Assembly: GCA_040381435.1 (NCBI GenBank)
Contig: JBEIHI010000002.1
Location: 1 to 35,883, forward strand
Source of the DNA: Bacteriovoracaceae bacterium
GTDB taxonomy: Bacteria; Bdellovibrionota; UBA2394
Length of the DNA: 35,883 nt
Direction of reading: 5' to 3'
The position numbers were made by a program, and so were the translations under genes. Shown here piece after piece: positions 1 through 8,781 of this stretch; the first letter of the stretch is position 1; each line of letters starts with the position of its first letter. A model generated the notes under the pieces. That model did not search any database. It was not told the origin of the DNA and saw only the letters and a list, made by a program, of their open reading frames with translations.

Positions 1-3000
1 CCGTGACGTCCGGCCATTTTATCGCCGACCTCGATCTTTCGCTTGATGGCGATATAGACCTTAACCATTTTGATCACACCCGGAGGAAGTTCGTCCCCAC
101 GAGATAGCTTCTCGATCTTAGACTGAGAAAGCAGCTTGATTGCCTCAATCTGATTGCTGATCGACTCATAGACAGATCGAATCTTCGTTTCTGCTTTGTC
201 ATTTTGAAGAGGAATGCGAGCCCATTCTCCTTCTGAAATCCGTGAAAGGATATCAGCAGTGATCTTGTCACCCTTCTTCAGCCCCGATGAGCCATCCTTG
301 GCAGAAACAGGACCATTGGCGACTTCTCCAACGAGAAGTCCTTGAATGGTTTTCACGCCAGACTCACGAATGATTCGAATCTCATCCTCTTGATCGATGA
401 GGATTCGCTTGGCCTGGAAGTCCTCAATAGATTTCGCTCTTGAATCCTTCTCAACACCCTCTCGTTGGAAGACGCGGGTATCAATGACCGTACCAACGAC
501 GCCGGGAGGAACTCGCAAAGAGGTATCCTTCACATCACTGGCCTTCTCACCGAAGATCGCTCGCAAAAGCTTTTCTTCGGGGGACAGTTGGGTCTCACCT
601 TTTGGAGTCACCTTACCAACAAGAATATCACCAGGTCGTACTTTCGCACCGACTCGGATAATTCCGGAATCATCCAGGTTCTTAAGAGCTTCATCACCAA
701 CGTTGGGAATGTCGCGAGTGATTTCTTCCATACCTAGCTTGGTATCTCGAGCGAGCACCTCAAACTCTTCAATATGAATGGAAGTGAAGTAGTCTTCTCG
801 AACAGCCTTCTCTGAAATGAGAATCGAATCTTCGAAGTTGTAACCACCCCAAGACATGAACGCGACTCTCACGTTTTGACCAAGGGCTAGTTCCCCAAGC
901 TCAACGGAAGGACCATCAGCCAGGATCTCTCCTTTGCGAACATATTGTCCTTGTTTGACCGTTGGCCGTTGGTTGATACACGTGTTCTGGTTGGAACGAG
1001 TGTATTTCATCAAGTTGTAAATCTCGACGCCCGTTGCATTTTCAGCAGCCGAATAATCGGAAGCCGATGTATCCACTCGCAAAACAATTCGAGCGGAATC
1101 AACGCTCTCAATCCATCCAGAGTTTTGAGCCACTGCACAAACACCAGAATCCGTAGCGACAACTCGCTCCATACCAGTTCCAACGAGCGGAGCTCGCGTG
1201 CGAACCAACGGAACTGCTTGTCGTTGCATGTTTGAACCCATCAGCGCTCGGTTCGCATCATCGTGCTCAAGGAAGGGCACTAACGAAGCAGCAACGGAGA
1301 CAATCTGGTTCGGAGAAACGTCAATCAGGTTTACATCCGAGGGAGGTACCATGACGAATTCGCCCGACTTTCGAGCCGAAACTAAATCCTCAGTCATTCG
1401 GCCCTTGTCGTCCGTTTTAACGTTCGCTTGAGCAATGACCTTGTTCTGCTCCTCAAGAGCGGAGCAATAGATCACTTCCTCAGTCACCTTGCCGTCTTCA
1501 ACACGTCGGTACGGAGTCTCAATGAATCCGTAATCATTGATTCGAGCGTAGGTAGAAAGAGACGCAATCAATCCGATATTCGGACCTTCAGGCGTCTCAA
1601 TAGGACAAATACGTCCGTAATGAGTTGGGTGAACGTCCCGAACCTCAAACCCTGCTCGGTCTCTCGTAAGACCTCCAGGTCCAAGAGCGGACAAACGTCG
1701 CTTATGAGTAATCTCAGACAGCGGGTTGGTCTGGTCCATGAACTGGGAAAGTTGAGAAGTTCCAAAGAACTCTTTAACCACAGCCGAAACGGGCTTGGCG
1801 TTGATAAGCTCGTGAGGCATCAAAGTCTCAAGCTCTTGCAAGCTCAGTCGCTCTTTGATCGCTCGCTCCATACGAACCAATCCAACTCGATACTGATTTT
1901 CAAGAAGTTCGCTGACGCTTCTAACGCGTCGGTTACCAATGTGATCGATATCATCGATATCGCCCTTACCAACCTTCAGACCTAGGAGGTACTTAAGGGT
2001 CCCAAGAATGTCATCTCGAGTAAGCACTCGGTTCTCAAGTGGTGTGTTCAAGCCGAACTTATGGTTCATTTTCAAACGGCCGACTTGAGCCAAATCGTAC
2101 TTATCTGAATCAAAGAAGAGGCCCTTGAAGAAATTCTTCGCGGAATCAATTGTCGGAGGATCTCCAGGTCGAAGCTTCTTGTAGATTTCCATCATTGCTT
2201 CTTCTGGACTTTCGATCTTGTCGCTCAAGAGAGTATCTCGTAGCGCACTCGAAACAGTCTGATTGTTGATATAAATCAACTTAATTGACTCAATCTTGGA
2301 TGCGAGAATCTTTTCAACAGTCTCCTCAGTGAGCTGCTGATTCACTTCAATCAGAATCTCACCAGTCATTGGATCAACGATGTTGCTTGCGGTGATTCGA
2401 CCGACGAGCTCATCTTCTTTGACCTGAATGGATTTGATATTGTTTTTCTCAAGTCCTTTGACTGTGAACCGAGTAAACCTTCGACCCGCCTTCAGAATGA
2501 CATTACCGGCTTTGTCCTTGATATCGAAGTTTACAAGCTGGCCAGGCAGAACCTCTGCCTCGACTTCCTTGGTGATCTTCTTGCCATCAACGGTAAATGT
2601 CTCGGGAGTGTAGAAGTAATTAATGATCTGCTCATCGGACATGCCGAGGGCTCTTAGCAAAACAGTCGCGGGGAATTTTCTACGTCGATCGATTCGAACG
2701 TAGAGCAAATCCTTGCTGTCGAATTCGAAATCCAGCCATGACCCTCGGTAAGGAATAACCCGAGCCGTGAAGCTGGCTCGACCCGCACCCACAGTCGTCT
2801 TAACCTTATCCCGGTCGAAGAACACCCCTGGCGATCGGTGCAACTGGCTAACAACAACACGCTCAGTTCCGTTGATCACGAAAGTTCCATTTCGAGTCAT
2901 CAGAGGAATCTCACCGAAGTAAACTTCTTGTTCCTTCACATCTCGAATGTTGAGCGGGCGACCATCCTCATCAAGCTCCCAAAGAACCAGACGAACGGTA

Positions 3001-3332
3001 ACTTTCAAGGGGGCGGCAAAAGTCAAACCCCGAGCACGGCACTCGTTGACATCATATTTGGGCTCTTCCAAAACGTACTGAACAAACTCTAATGATGCCG
3101 TCTCGTTGAAGTCCTTAATTGGGAAAACAGACTTGAAGACACCTTGAAGGCCAACTTCGCCGCGCCTGTCCGCAGCCAAATCGGCCTGCAAAAACCGTCG
3201 ATAACTGTCCTTCTGCATGTCGATCAGGTTCGGAATGTCAATAATCTGACCGATGCGACCGTAGCTTTTTCTCACACGAAAGTTAGAACCGACGAATCTT
3301 TGGTCTTCGGATTTTTGATCTTTTTTTGCCAT
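1..3332 (-). CDS. rpoB: DNA-directed RNA polymerase beta subunit, N-terminal ~1110 codons (C-terminus lies beyond the left edge)
   Basis: It is absent from the ORF track because it runs off the edge. The reverse complement from ATG 3332 reads [51 protein letters not shown], a typical RpoB N-terminus. Bases 59-1 encode [20 protein letters not shown], the conserved [12 protein letters not shown] region. A GGAGGA RBS lies at 3337-3342. The position after rplL is canonical. Confidence 0.95.
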   Translation of the reverse strand, partial: MAKKDQKSEDQRFVGSNFRVRKSYGRIGQIIDIPNLIDMQKDSYRRFLQADLAADRRGEVGLQGVFKSVFPIKDFNETASLEFVQYVLEEPKYDVNECRARGLTFAAPLKVTVRLVLWELDEDGRPLNIRDVKEQEVYFGEIPLMTRNGTFVINGTERVVVSQLHRSPGVFFDRDKVKTTVGAGRASFTARVIPYRGSWLDFEFDSKDLLYVRIDRRRKFPATVLLRALGMSDEQIINYFYTPETFTVDGKKITKEVEAEVLPGQLVNFDIKDKAGNVILKAGRRFTRFTVKGLEKNNIKSIQVKEDELVGRITASNIVDPMTGEILIEVNQQLTEETVEKILASKIESIKLIYINNQTVSSALRDTLLSDKIESPEEAMMEIYKKLRPGDPPTIDSAKNFFKGLFFDSDKYDLAQVGRLKMNHKFGLNTPLENRVLTRDDILGTLKYLLGLKVGKGDIDDIDHIGNRRVRSVSELLENQYRVGLVRMERAIKERLSLQELETLMPHELINAKPVSAVVKEFFGTSQLSQFMDQTNPLSEITHKRRLSALGPGGLTRDRAGFEVRDVHPTHYGRICPIETPEGPNIGLIASLSTYARINDYGFIETPYRRVEDGKVTEEVIYCSALEEQNKVIAQANVKTDDKGRMTEDLVSARKSGEFVMVPPSDVNLIDVSPNQIVSVAASLVPFLEHDDANRALMGSNMQRQAVPLVRTRAPLVGTGMERVVATDSGVCAVAQNSGWIESVDSARIVLRVDTSASDYSAAENATGVEIYNLMKYTRSNQNTCINQRPTVKQGQYVRKGEILADGPSVELGELALGQNVRVAFMSWGGYNFEDSILISEKAVREDYFTSIHIEEFEVLARDTKLGMEEITRDIPNVGDEALKNLDDSGIIRVGAKVRPGDILVGKVTPKGETQLSPEEKLLRAIFGEKASDVKDTSLRVPPGVVGTVIDTRVFQREGVEKDSRAKSIEDFQAKRILIDQEDEIRIIRESGVKTIQGLLVGEVANGPVSAKDGSSGLKKGDKITADILSRISEGEWARIPLQNDKAETKIRSVYESISNQIEAIKLLSQSKIEKLSRGDELPPGVIKMVKVYIAIKRKIEVGDKMAGRH

Positions 3333-3351
3333 GGATTCCTCCAGCGGTACG

Positions 3352-3415
3352 AAAAAAGCACTCAAAAAAGTTTGAGCGCATTAAAAGGGGTAGCGCTCAA
3401 CAATGAGCGCTACCC
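3352..3415 (-). terminator. rplL-rpoB intergenic attenuator: two tandem hairpins, the second followed by U6
   Basis: Hairpin A is GGGTAGCGCTCA/TGAGCGCTACCC (3388-3415), a perfect 12 bp stem with a 4-nt loop. Hairpin B is 3358-3379, 9 bp with one mismatch. On the minus strand it is followed by TTTTTT (3352-3357), about 20 nt before the rpoB RBS. Confidence 0.55.
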
Positions 3416-3492
3416 TAGAAACAGAAACTTAAAACCAAGCGGGTAGAGGAATGAACACAGGATCCCGCGTAAGAAAGGTTCTAAGTCAAAAA

Positions 3493-3879
3493 TTAGTCGA
3501 CTTTGACTTTGGCGCCAACAGTCTCAAGCTCTTTCTTGAACTTGGCGACGTCGTCTTTGCTCAAGCCTTCTTTAACAAGCTTGGGGGCACCTTCGACCAA
3601 GTCTTTGGCTTCTTTCAAGCCAAGACCCGTAATCACTCGAACGATCTTAATAACGTCGATTTTCTTATCACCGGCGCTTTCAAGATGGAGGTTGAAAGCG
3701 GTTTTTTCCTCAGCAGCGGCACCAGCGGCCCCGCCAGCTGCAGGAGCGGCGCCAGCAACAGCAACAGGGGCTGCGGCGGAAACACCGAACTTTTCCTCAA
3801 ACTCTTTTACGAGTTGAGAGAGCTCCAAAACGCTCATGTTTGAAATGAAATTAACTACATCATCTTTGGTTACTGCCAT
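3493..3879 (-). CDS. rplL: 50S ribosomal protein L7/L12
   Basis: The 128-aa product reads [33 protein letters not shown], then an Ala-rich hinge, then [15 protein letters not shown]. This is diagnostic L7/L12. Confidence 0.97.
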   Translation of the reverse strand: MAVTKDDVVNFISNMSVLELSQLVKEFEEKFGVSAAAPVAVAGAAPAAGGAAGAAAEEKTAFNLHLESAGDKKIDVIKIVRVITGLGLKEAKDLVEGAPKLVKEGLSKDDVAKFKKELETVGAKVKVD

Positions 3880-3947
3880 TGTTATTCTCCAGGGAAGGTC
3901 TTATGTTTTTGTTTCAACGAAGTATTAAACTTCCTTTGTTGAAGGAA

Positions 3948-4475
3948 TCAACCACCTTTTTCTTCCTTTTGGCGGCGAATCGCATCAATCAAATACACCC
4001 ACTTAGACGGAACACCGTTAAGAACTCGGACAAAGCCTGTCGGAACAGCCATCAGGGTTCCCAAAAGCTTGGCCAGAAGCTCTTCGCGTGAAGGCAAGGT
4101 CGATAGAGCCTTGATGTCAGCAAGGTTAATCACTTTACCTTCAACATATCCCGCCTTGAGTTTGAACTTAGTGTTGTCTTTGGCGAACTTGGTGACTGCC
4201 TTGGCCCCCTGAGCTACGTCCCCATGGGAGATCACTACAGCGGTCATATAGTCGAAATGCTTCTTGAATTCAGGAGCATCCATGTTCTCCATCGCACGCA
4301 AAGCCAACCTGTTTTTTACTACTTTCAGGTCAGACTTTGCCTTCTTCAGTTCAAACCGAAGCGAGGTTACCTCGGCTACCGTCAAGCCGCGGAAATCTGC
4401 TGCACACACACCCTTTGCGCTAGCAAGGGATGCTTTCAGATCGTCAATAAATTCTACTTTCTCTGCCTTATTCAT
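3948..4475 (-). CDS. rplJ: 50S ribosomal protein L10
   Basis: The product is 175 aa and sits between rplA and rplL. An AAGGAG RBS lies 9 nt upstream. The sequence is L10-like (KVEFIDDLKASL...FRGLTVAEVTSLR). Confidence 0.95.
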   Translation of the reverse strand: MNKAEKVEFIDDLKASLASAKGVCAADFRGLTVAEVTSLRFELKKAKSDLKVVKNRLALRAMENMDAPEFKKHFDYMTAVVISHGDVAQGAKAVTKFAKDNTKFKLKAGYVEGKVINLADIKALSTLPSREELLAKLLGTLMAVPTGFVRVLNGVPSKWVYLIDAIRRQKEEKGG

Positions 4476-4488
4476 GACTCAAAACTCC

Positions 4489-5229
4489 TTATGACTTCAT
4501 GTACTGGGACTCATCCACACGAACACTCGGTCCCATCACCGTGCTGATATAAAAAGAGATAATGTAAGGTGCTTTGGCCGTGGAAGGCTTGGCACGCACA
4601 ATCTGCTCCATCACCGTCTCTAGGTTGTCCGAGAGTTTCTGGAGACCGAAGCTCAACTTCCCAATTGGGGCGTGGATAATCCCAGCCTTTTCGACACGGA
4701 ACTCCACTCGACCTTTTTTCAGCTCACTGACAGCTTTTGCCACATCAAAAGTGACCGTTCCAACCTTGGGGTTTGGCATCAATCCACGAGGGCCGAGAAC
4801 TTTACCCAATCGGCTTACAACACCCATCAAATCGGGAGTTGCGACAACAGCTGAAAAATCCTGCCAGCCACCATTAATCTTTTCCACCAGGTCCTCGGCG
4901 CCAACAAAATCAGCACCGGCATTTTGAGCCTCAGCAGCCTTCTCACCTTTGGCGAAAACAACCACTTTAGCGGTCTTTCCCAACCCATGAGGCAAAGCGA
5001 CTGCCCCCCGAACCATCTGATCAGCCTGCTTGGGATCCACGTTCAAACGAACGGCGATCTCAATTGACTGATCAAACTTTGTCGCGGGCAAAGAGAGCAA
5101 AATTTCCAAAGCCTTCTTTGTTTCAACGCCCTTCAAAGGATCAGGAATGACCTCTCGAACTTTTTTCAAAGCGCTGGTGTAGCGCTTGCCGTGCTGCTCT
5201 TTAATCCAATCAAAATCAACTGCTTGCAT
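4489..5229 (-). CDS. rplA: 50S ribosomal protein L1
   Basis: The product is 246 aa and contains HGKRY near the N-terminus and [12 protein letters not shown]. An AGAGGA RBS precedes ATG 5229. It carries about 10 extra N-terminal residues relative to typical L1. Confidence 0.95.
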   Translation of the reverse strand: MQAVDFDWIKEQHGKRYTSALKKVREVIPDPLKGVETKKALEILLSLPATKFDQSIEIAVRLNVDPKQADQMVRGAVALPHGLGKTAKVVVFAKGEKAAEAQNAGADFVGAEDLVEKINGGWQDFSAVVATPDLMGVVSRLGKVLGPRGLMPNPKVGTVTFDVAKAVSELKKGRVEFRVEKAGIIHAPIGKLSFGLQKLSDNLETVMEQIVRAKPSTAKAPYIISFYISTVMGPSVRVDESQYMKS

Positions 5230-5249
5230 TTTATCGTCCTCTATTCTGC

Positions 5250-5672
5250 CTAAACAATCTCGATGCCCATGTTTCGAGCGGTTCCTCGAACCATCGATTC
5301 AGCCTTATCAATTGTGTAACAATTGAGATCCGGCATTTTAATTTTTGCGATTTCCGTCACCTGAGCCTTAGTGACCGTGCCCACCTTCACCCGGTTAGGG
5401 TTTGGTGAGCCCGATTCCACTTTTGCCATTTGCTTGAGAAGAACTGAGGCCGGAGGGCTCTTCATGATGAAAGTGAAAGTACGATCGCTATAAATGCTGA
5501 TGATAACAGGAACGATCGTTTCACCCATCTTCTGGGTCTTCGCATTGAACTGCTTGCAGAAGTCCATGATGTTAACACCATGCTGACCGAGAGCGGGTCC
5601 AACCGGAGGAGCTGGATTCGCCTTCCCTGCTGGGATTTGAAGCTTTACGTTTGCTGTGATTTGCTTCGCCAT
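5250..5672 (-). CDS. rplK: 50S ribosomal protein L11
   Basis: The 140-aa product carries the L11 signature [35 protein letters not shown]. Confidence 0.97.
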   Translation of the reverse strand: MAKQITANVKLQIPAGKANPAPPVGPALGQHGVNIMDFCKQFNAKTQKMGETIVPVIISIYSDRTFTFIMKSPPASVLLKQMAKVESGSPNPNRVKVGTVTKAQVTEIAKIKMPDLNCYTIDKAESMVRGTARNMGIEIV

Positions 5673-5685
5673 AATTTACCTCAAC

Positions 5686-6216
5686 TTATGCTTTCTCTAC
5701 TTGTCCAAATTCAAGATCGATCGGTGTTGATCGACCAAAAATACTCACTAAAACCTTGAGCCGGCCTTTTTCAGAGTTAACCTCATCCACCACTCCGGCA
5801 AAATTCGCAAAGGGACCTTCTTTAACTCGAACACTTTCGCCCTTCTCAAACTCAATATTCACTTTGGGCTTCATCTTGCCCTCTTTGATTTGCTGAGTGA
5901 TTCGAAGAACCTCTTCCTCTGAAACAGCAGGGGGATTTGTTCCGTTACCAACAAAACCTGATACTCGCTGAGTATTTTTCACCAGCTGCCAAGTTTCATT
6001 GTTGAGCTCCATCTTGACGAAGATGTACCCAGGGAAAAACTTTTTTGACTTTGAGCGCTTCTCGCCCTTCTTCACTTCAACAATCGTCTCGGCTGGAATC
6101 AAAATTTCGTCGAATTTCTCATCCAGCTTGTTTTGACGAATACGCTCAAGCAAAGCCTCTTTCGCTTTGGCTTCAAAACCTGAATAGACATGAACGACGT
6201 ACCACTGCTTTGCCAT
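5686..6216 (-). CDS. nusG: Transcription termination/antitermination factor NusG
   Basis: The 176-aa product has an NGN domain (WYVVHVYSGFE) and a C-terminal KOW (GESVRVKEGPFANFAGVV). The secE-nusG-rplK context is canonical. Confidence 0.95.
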   Translation of the reverse strand: MAKQWYVVHVYSGFEAKAKEALLERIRQNKLDEKFDEILIPAETIVEVKKGEKRSKSKKFFPGYIFVKMELNNETWQLVKNTQRVSGFVGNGTNPPAVSEEEVLRITQQIKEGKMKPKVNIEFEKGESVRVKEGPFANFAGVVDEVNSEKGRLKVLVSIFGRSTPIDLEFGQVEKA

Positions 6217-6226
6217 AATTCACTCG

Positions 6227-6622
6227 CTAAAAGAGAAGTCTTTGGAAAATCCAATTCCACAGGTTATCGACGACCAGCAGAAACACTCCTGCGATCGTCA
6301 CCATGATTACTACAACAATTGTTGAGCGGGTCGTATCTTGACGATTGGGCCAAGTTACCTTTTTAACCTCAGCAAAAACTTCATCCCCAAACCCAACAGC
6401 CTTCGCGCTGTTCGCAACCACGATGAAGCCAATCAATGCAATGGCTGTACTTGCAACGCCTCCAACCACACTCCAGGAATAGTTCCCCACCCAAGCGGTG
6501 ACTGTTGTTGTCAGACGAAATGCATCCAGCACTGCGGTTAGGGCTTCGAAAAACAAATAGCCAAACAAAGCACTAAGAACCAAAAGCGAAAGAACAGTAA
6601 ATTTTCTATAACTTGTTTCCAA
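6227..6622 (-). CDS. secE: Preprotein translocase subunit SecE (three-TM form)
   Basis: The 131-aa product has three hydrophobic segments. The conserved C-terminal core reads EVKKVTWPNRQDTTRSTIVVV. It lies directly upstream of nusG. Confidence 0.85.
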   Translation of the reverse strand: METSYRKFTVLSLLVLSALFGYLFFEALTAVLDAFRLTTTVTAWVGNYSWSVVGGVASTAIALIGFIVVANSAKAVGFGDEVFAEVKKVTWPNRQDTTRSTIVVVIMVTIAGVFLLVVDNLWNWIFQRLLF

Positions 6623-6750
6623 GGCTCCAATCCTTTTCTAAAACTTCAACGTTCAAAAAACGCGGCTTCAAAACTCCCTTTGGGGAGCAGTAGACACAGA
6701 CCTTACACTCAGTTTAGAGCGCCAGATCAACCAAAAAACCCCTGAAAATG

Positions 6751-6823
6751 CAGGCCAGGAAGGATTCGAACCCTCGACCCTCGGTTTTGGAGACCGATGC
6801 TCTACCAACTGAGCTACTGACCT
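6751..6823 (-). tRNA. tRNA-Trp (anticodon CCA)
   Basis: The reverse complement AGGTCAGTAGCTCAGTTGGTAGAGCATCGGTCTCCAAAACCGAGGGTCGAGGGTTCGAATCCTTCCTGGCCTG folds as a cloverleaf. The anticodon loop is CTCCAAA and the T-loop is GGTTCGAATCC. The 3' CCA is not encoded. Confidence 0.9.
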
Positions 6824-6831
6824 ACCTCAAA

Positions 6832-6907
6832 TGGAGCCCAGGACCGGGATTGAACCGGTGACCTCATCCTTACCAAGGATGTGCTCTACCAACTGAGCTA
6901 CCTGGGC
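6832..6907 (-). tRNA. tRNA-Thr (anticodon GGU)
   Basis: The acceptor stem is GCCCAGG/CCTGGGC, the anticodon loop is TTGGTAA and the T-loop is GGTTCAATCC. The 3' CCA is encoded. Length is 76 nt. Confidence 0.9.
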
Positions 6908-6920
6908 ACCTAAAAAAATC

Positions 6921-7003
6921 TGGAGAGGGGTGGATTCGAACCACCGAAGGCTCGCGCCAACAGATTTACAGTCTGCCCCGTTTGGCCACTTCGGTACCTC
7001 TCC
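6921..7003 (-). tRNA. tRNA-Tyr (anticodon GUA), long variable arm
   Basis: The acceptor stem is GGAGAGG/CCTCTCC, the anticodon loop is CTGTAAA and the T-arm is GGTGGTTCGAATCCACC. At 83 nt it has a class II variable arm. Confidence 0.9.
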
Positions 7004-7042
7004 ACGGTTTTACAGGCTCTTGGCCTAACACTATGTAAAAAA

Positions 7043-7117
7043 TGGAGCGGGAAATGGGATTTGAACCCACGGCCCCCTGCTTGGAAGGCAGGTGCTCTAC
7101 CACTGAGCTATTCCCGC
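7043..7117 (-). tRNA. tRNA-Gly (anticodon UCC)
   Basis: The acceptor stem is GCGGGAA/TTCCCGC, the anticodon loop is CTTCCAA and the T-loop is GGTTCAAATCC. The 3' CCA is encoded. Length is 75 nt. Confidence 0.9.
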
Positions 7118-7268
7118 ACCTATGGAGTCACCGTAGCAATGACACCTATTTTCTTTGAAGACTGTCCTGAAGCGGGACTTAGTCTTCCATCTTATTCCGA
7201 ATCAGGGCGAAGTTTGGAGCCTCGGCATCAGAAACACCAACCCGGAAGAAGACGTCTACTCAAAATTC

Positions 7269-7341
7269 AGCTGGCGATGGGATTCGAACCCGCGACCTGC
7301 TGATTACAAATCAGCTGCTCTACCAGCTGAGCTACGCCAGC
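7269..7341 (-). tRNA. tRNA-Thr (anticodon UGU)
   Basis: The acceptor stem is GCTGGCG/CGCCAGC and the anticodon loop is TTTGTAA. The T-arm GCGGGTTCGAATCCCAT has one C-A mismatch in the stem. No CCA is encoded. Confidence 0.85.
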
Positions 7342-7389
7342 ACGAAACAAAAATATACTCAAAGGAGTTATCTCAGTTTTTTGTGAGGA

Positions 7390-8103
7390 TCAACGAGAGT
7401 CTTGTCCAGAAAACGCCCAACTGAGCAAAATCGATCCCGCCTGCGCCACATTCAGGGACTCAACCCCATGAGACATTGGGATTTCCAGGATGTGATCAAC
7501 AGACTTTAGAACCGAGGATTGAACCCCGGACCCTTCAGAACCCACAACAATGGCCCACTTCGGAGCTGGACTCCACCTATATATAGACTGTGAGGAGCCG
7601 GCACTTAAGGCGGCCGTCTCAAAACCCTCTCTTTTGAGGTCAGCCAAACAAGAGCCCAACGACGAAACCTTGAGAAACTTTAAGCGGAAGGCTTGGCCAG
7701 CGGAGGCCTTCACTGCCGCTGCGGTTAACTCCGCCGAACGACGCTCTTCGTGAACCAACAAATCGACTCCAAAAGCTACGGCGGATCTCACCAACGCTCC
7801 AAGATTTTGAACATCCTCCAAATGATTACACAAAACGATTCGCTTCATTTTGGTGAAACTCACGGACTTGGGACTGAGATAGAACTCATGAGTGCAAGTG
7901 AAGGCGACCCCCTGATGAGACTGACTGCGCAGAGCGCTCGGGAGGTGAGGCTTGATGGACATTCGCAGCCCATATCTCTTCAAAAGGGCATCCACCCAAC
8001 GAGATGCTGCTTCGTTCTCAGCAAAGACTTCTTTAATCGCTACCTTTTGACTGAGCGCTTCTTCGAAAATGTTTCTTCCGAAGAGCTGATAAGTTGAGCC
8101 CAT
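7390..8103 (-). CDS. SpoU/TrmH-family RNA 2'-O-methyltransferase (RlmB-like)
   Basis: The N-terminus LFGRNIFEEAL is substrate-binding-domain-like. The C-terminal SpoU motifs are VVGSEGSGV and IPMSHGVESLNVAQAGSILL. The track start is TTG 8115. ATG 8103 has a GGGAG RBS 5 nt upstream and is preferred. Confidence 0.85.
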   Translation of the reverse strand: MGSTYQLFGRNIFEEALSQKVAIKEVFAENEAASRWVDALLKRYGLRMSIKPHLPSALRSQSHQGVAFTCTHEFYLSPKSVSFTKMKRIVLCNHLEDVQNLGALVRSAVAFGVDLLVHEERRSAELTAAAVKASAGQAFRLKFLKVSSLGSCLADLKREGFETAALSAGSSQSIYRWSPAPKWAIVVGSEGSGVQSSVLKSVDHILEIPMSHGVESLNVAQAGSILLSWAFSGQDSR

Positions 8104-8762
8104 GTTGACTCCCAATCCTTAGATTCTGTTAATGCTCGACCTAAAACGACTAATGATGAACCCGAATCCAAAGCGTCTGTCAAAGTCGCGGTTCGCTTTT
8201 GATCATGCGAGTCGGTAATACGAACTCCTGGAGTGACCAGATAAGCTCCGGAAAACTGCCGGCGAAGCATTTGAACCTCTAACGGTGAACAAACAAGTCC
8301 AGCGATCCCAGATGACATTGCAAGCTGACCCAAAGCCCTCACCTGCTCAGAGACATCTCTATCAATACCAATCTCCTTCAAATCTTTCCTCTCGAGACTC
8401 GTGAGCACTGTGACGGCCACAATTTTTTGGCTCTTGGATTGATGTTGGGCACAAGCTTCAAGCATCGGCCGCCCTCCTGATGCATGCACAGTCAAAAGAT
8501 CAACACCCCAACTGAAAGCCGTCTTCACCGCCTTTTCAACGGTGTTAGGAATGTCGCAATACTTCAGATCCAGAAAAACTCGGTGACCTTCCTCGAGAAT
8601 GCTTTCAACGACGCTCGGGCCTCGTTCGGCAAACAAAATGCTGCCAACCTTAAAACCCCAAACCTTGTTTCTGAGACGCTTGATCCAAACTTTGGATTTC
8701 TTCCATTCATCATCAAGAGCCACAACCACTGACTTTCCTGGGGCGCCGCTGAAAGACTTCAT
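8040..8762 (-). CDS. pyrF: Orotidine 5'-phosphate decarboxylase
   Basis: The 240-aa product carries VALD, FLDLKYCDIPNTV, TVHASGG, LVTPGVR and VVLGRAL, which are the classic type-1 OMP decarboxylase motifs. Confidence 0.9.
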   Translation of the reverse strand: MKSFSGAPGKSVVVALDDEWKKSKVWIKRLRNKVWGFKVGSILFAERGPSVVESILEEGHRVFLDLKYCDIPNTVEKAVKTAFSWGVDLLTVHASGGRPMLEACAQHQSKSQKIVAVTVLTSLERKDLKEIGIDRDVSEQVRALGQLAMSSGIAGLVCSPLEVQMLRRQFSGAYLVTPGVRITDSHDQKRTATLTDALDSGSSLVVLGRALTESKDWESTWAQLISSSEETFSKKRSVKR

Positions 8763-8781
8763 AAATCCCGTTTAGCCCAAC

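Noticed and set aside
397-3446. A stack of plus-strand track ORFs (397-777, 465-737, 945-1235, 1198-1431, 1428-1985, 2428-2613, 2838-3092, 3144-3446), plus 74-271, 1568-1765 and 2654-2860 in other frames.
   Set aside because: All lie inside the continuously open minus-strand rpoB frame, whose translation carries hallmark RpoB motifs. Their translations are Ser/Arg/Thr-rich and motif-free. They are shadow ORFs.
3700-3790. A GC-rich, quasi-repetitive GCAGC/GCGGC/GCCAGC tract.
   Set aside because: It encodes the Ala/Gly-rich flexible hinge of L7/L12 ([22 protein letters not shown]). It is a protein-level low-complexity region, not a DNA repeat element.
4590-4605. A perfect TGGCAC hexamer, considered as a possible sigma54 -24 element.
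   Set aside because: The downstream -12 position reads ATCTG with no TTGC. The site lies inside rplA on the opposite strand, with no downstream plus-strand gene.
3451-6541. Plus-strand track ORFs antisense to rplL, rplJ, rplA and secE (for example 3451-3843, 3503-3817, 4224-4547, 4574-4927, 6338-6541).
   Set aside because: They are antisense to unmistakable ribosomal protein and secE genes. None has an RBS, and their composition mirrors the sense strand. They are shadow ORFs.
7236-7256. CCCGGAAGAAG in the tRNA spacer, which resembles the SRP RNA GGAA tetraloop region.
   Set aside because: The flanking bases do not form the domain IV helix. The motif is on the strand opposite to the operon, and no 5'/3' closing stem is present.
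7061-7424. Plus-strand ORFs 7061-7303 and 7155-7424 across the tRNA cluster.
   Set aside because: They read through the antisense of tRNA-Gly and tRNA-Thr. For example, WDSNPRPADYKSAALPAELRQ is simply a translated tRNA complement. They are not coding.
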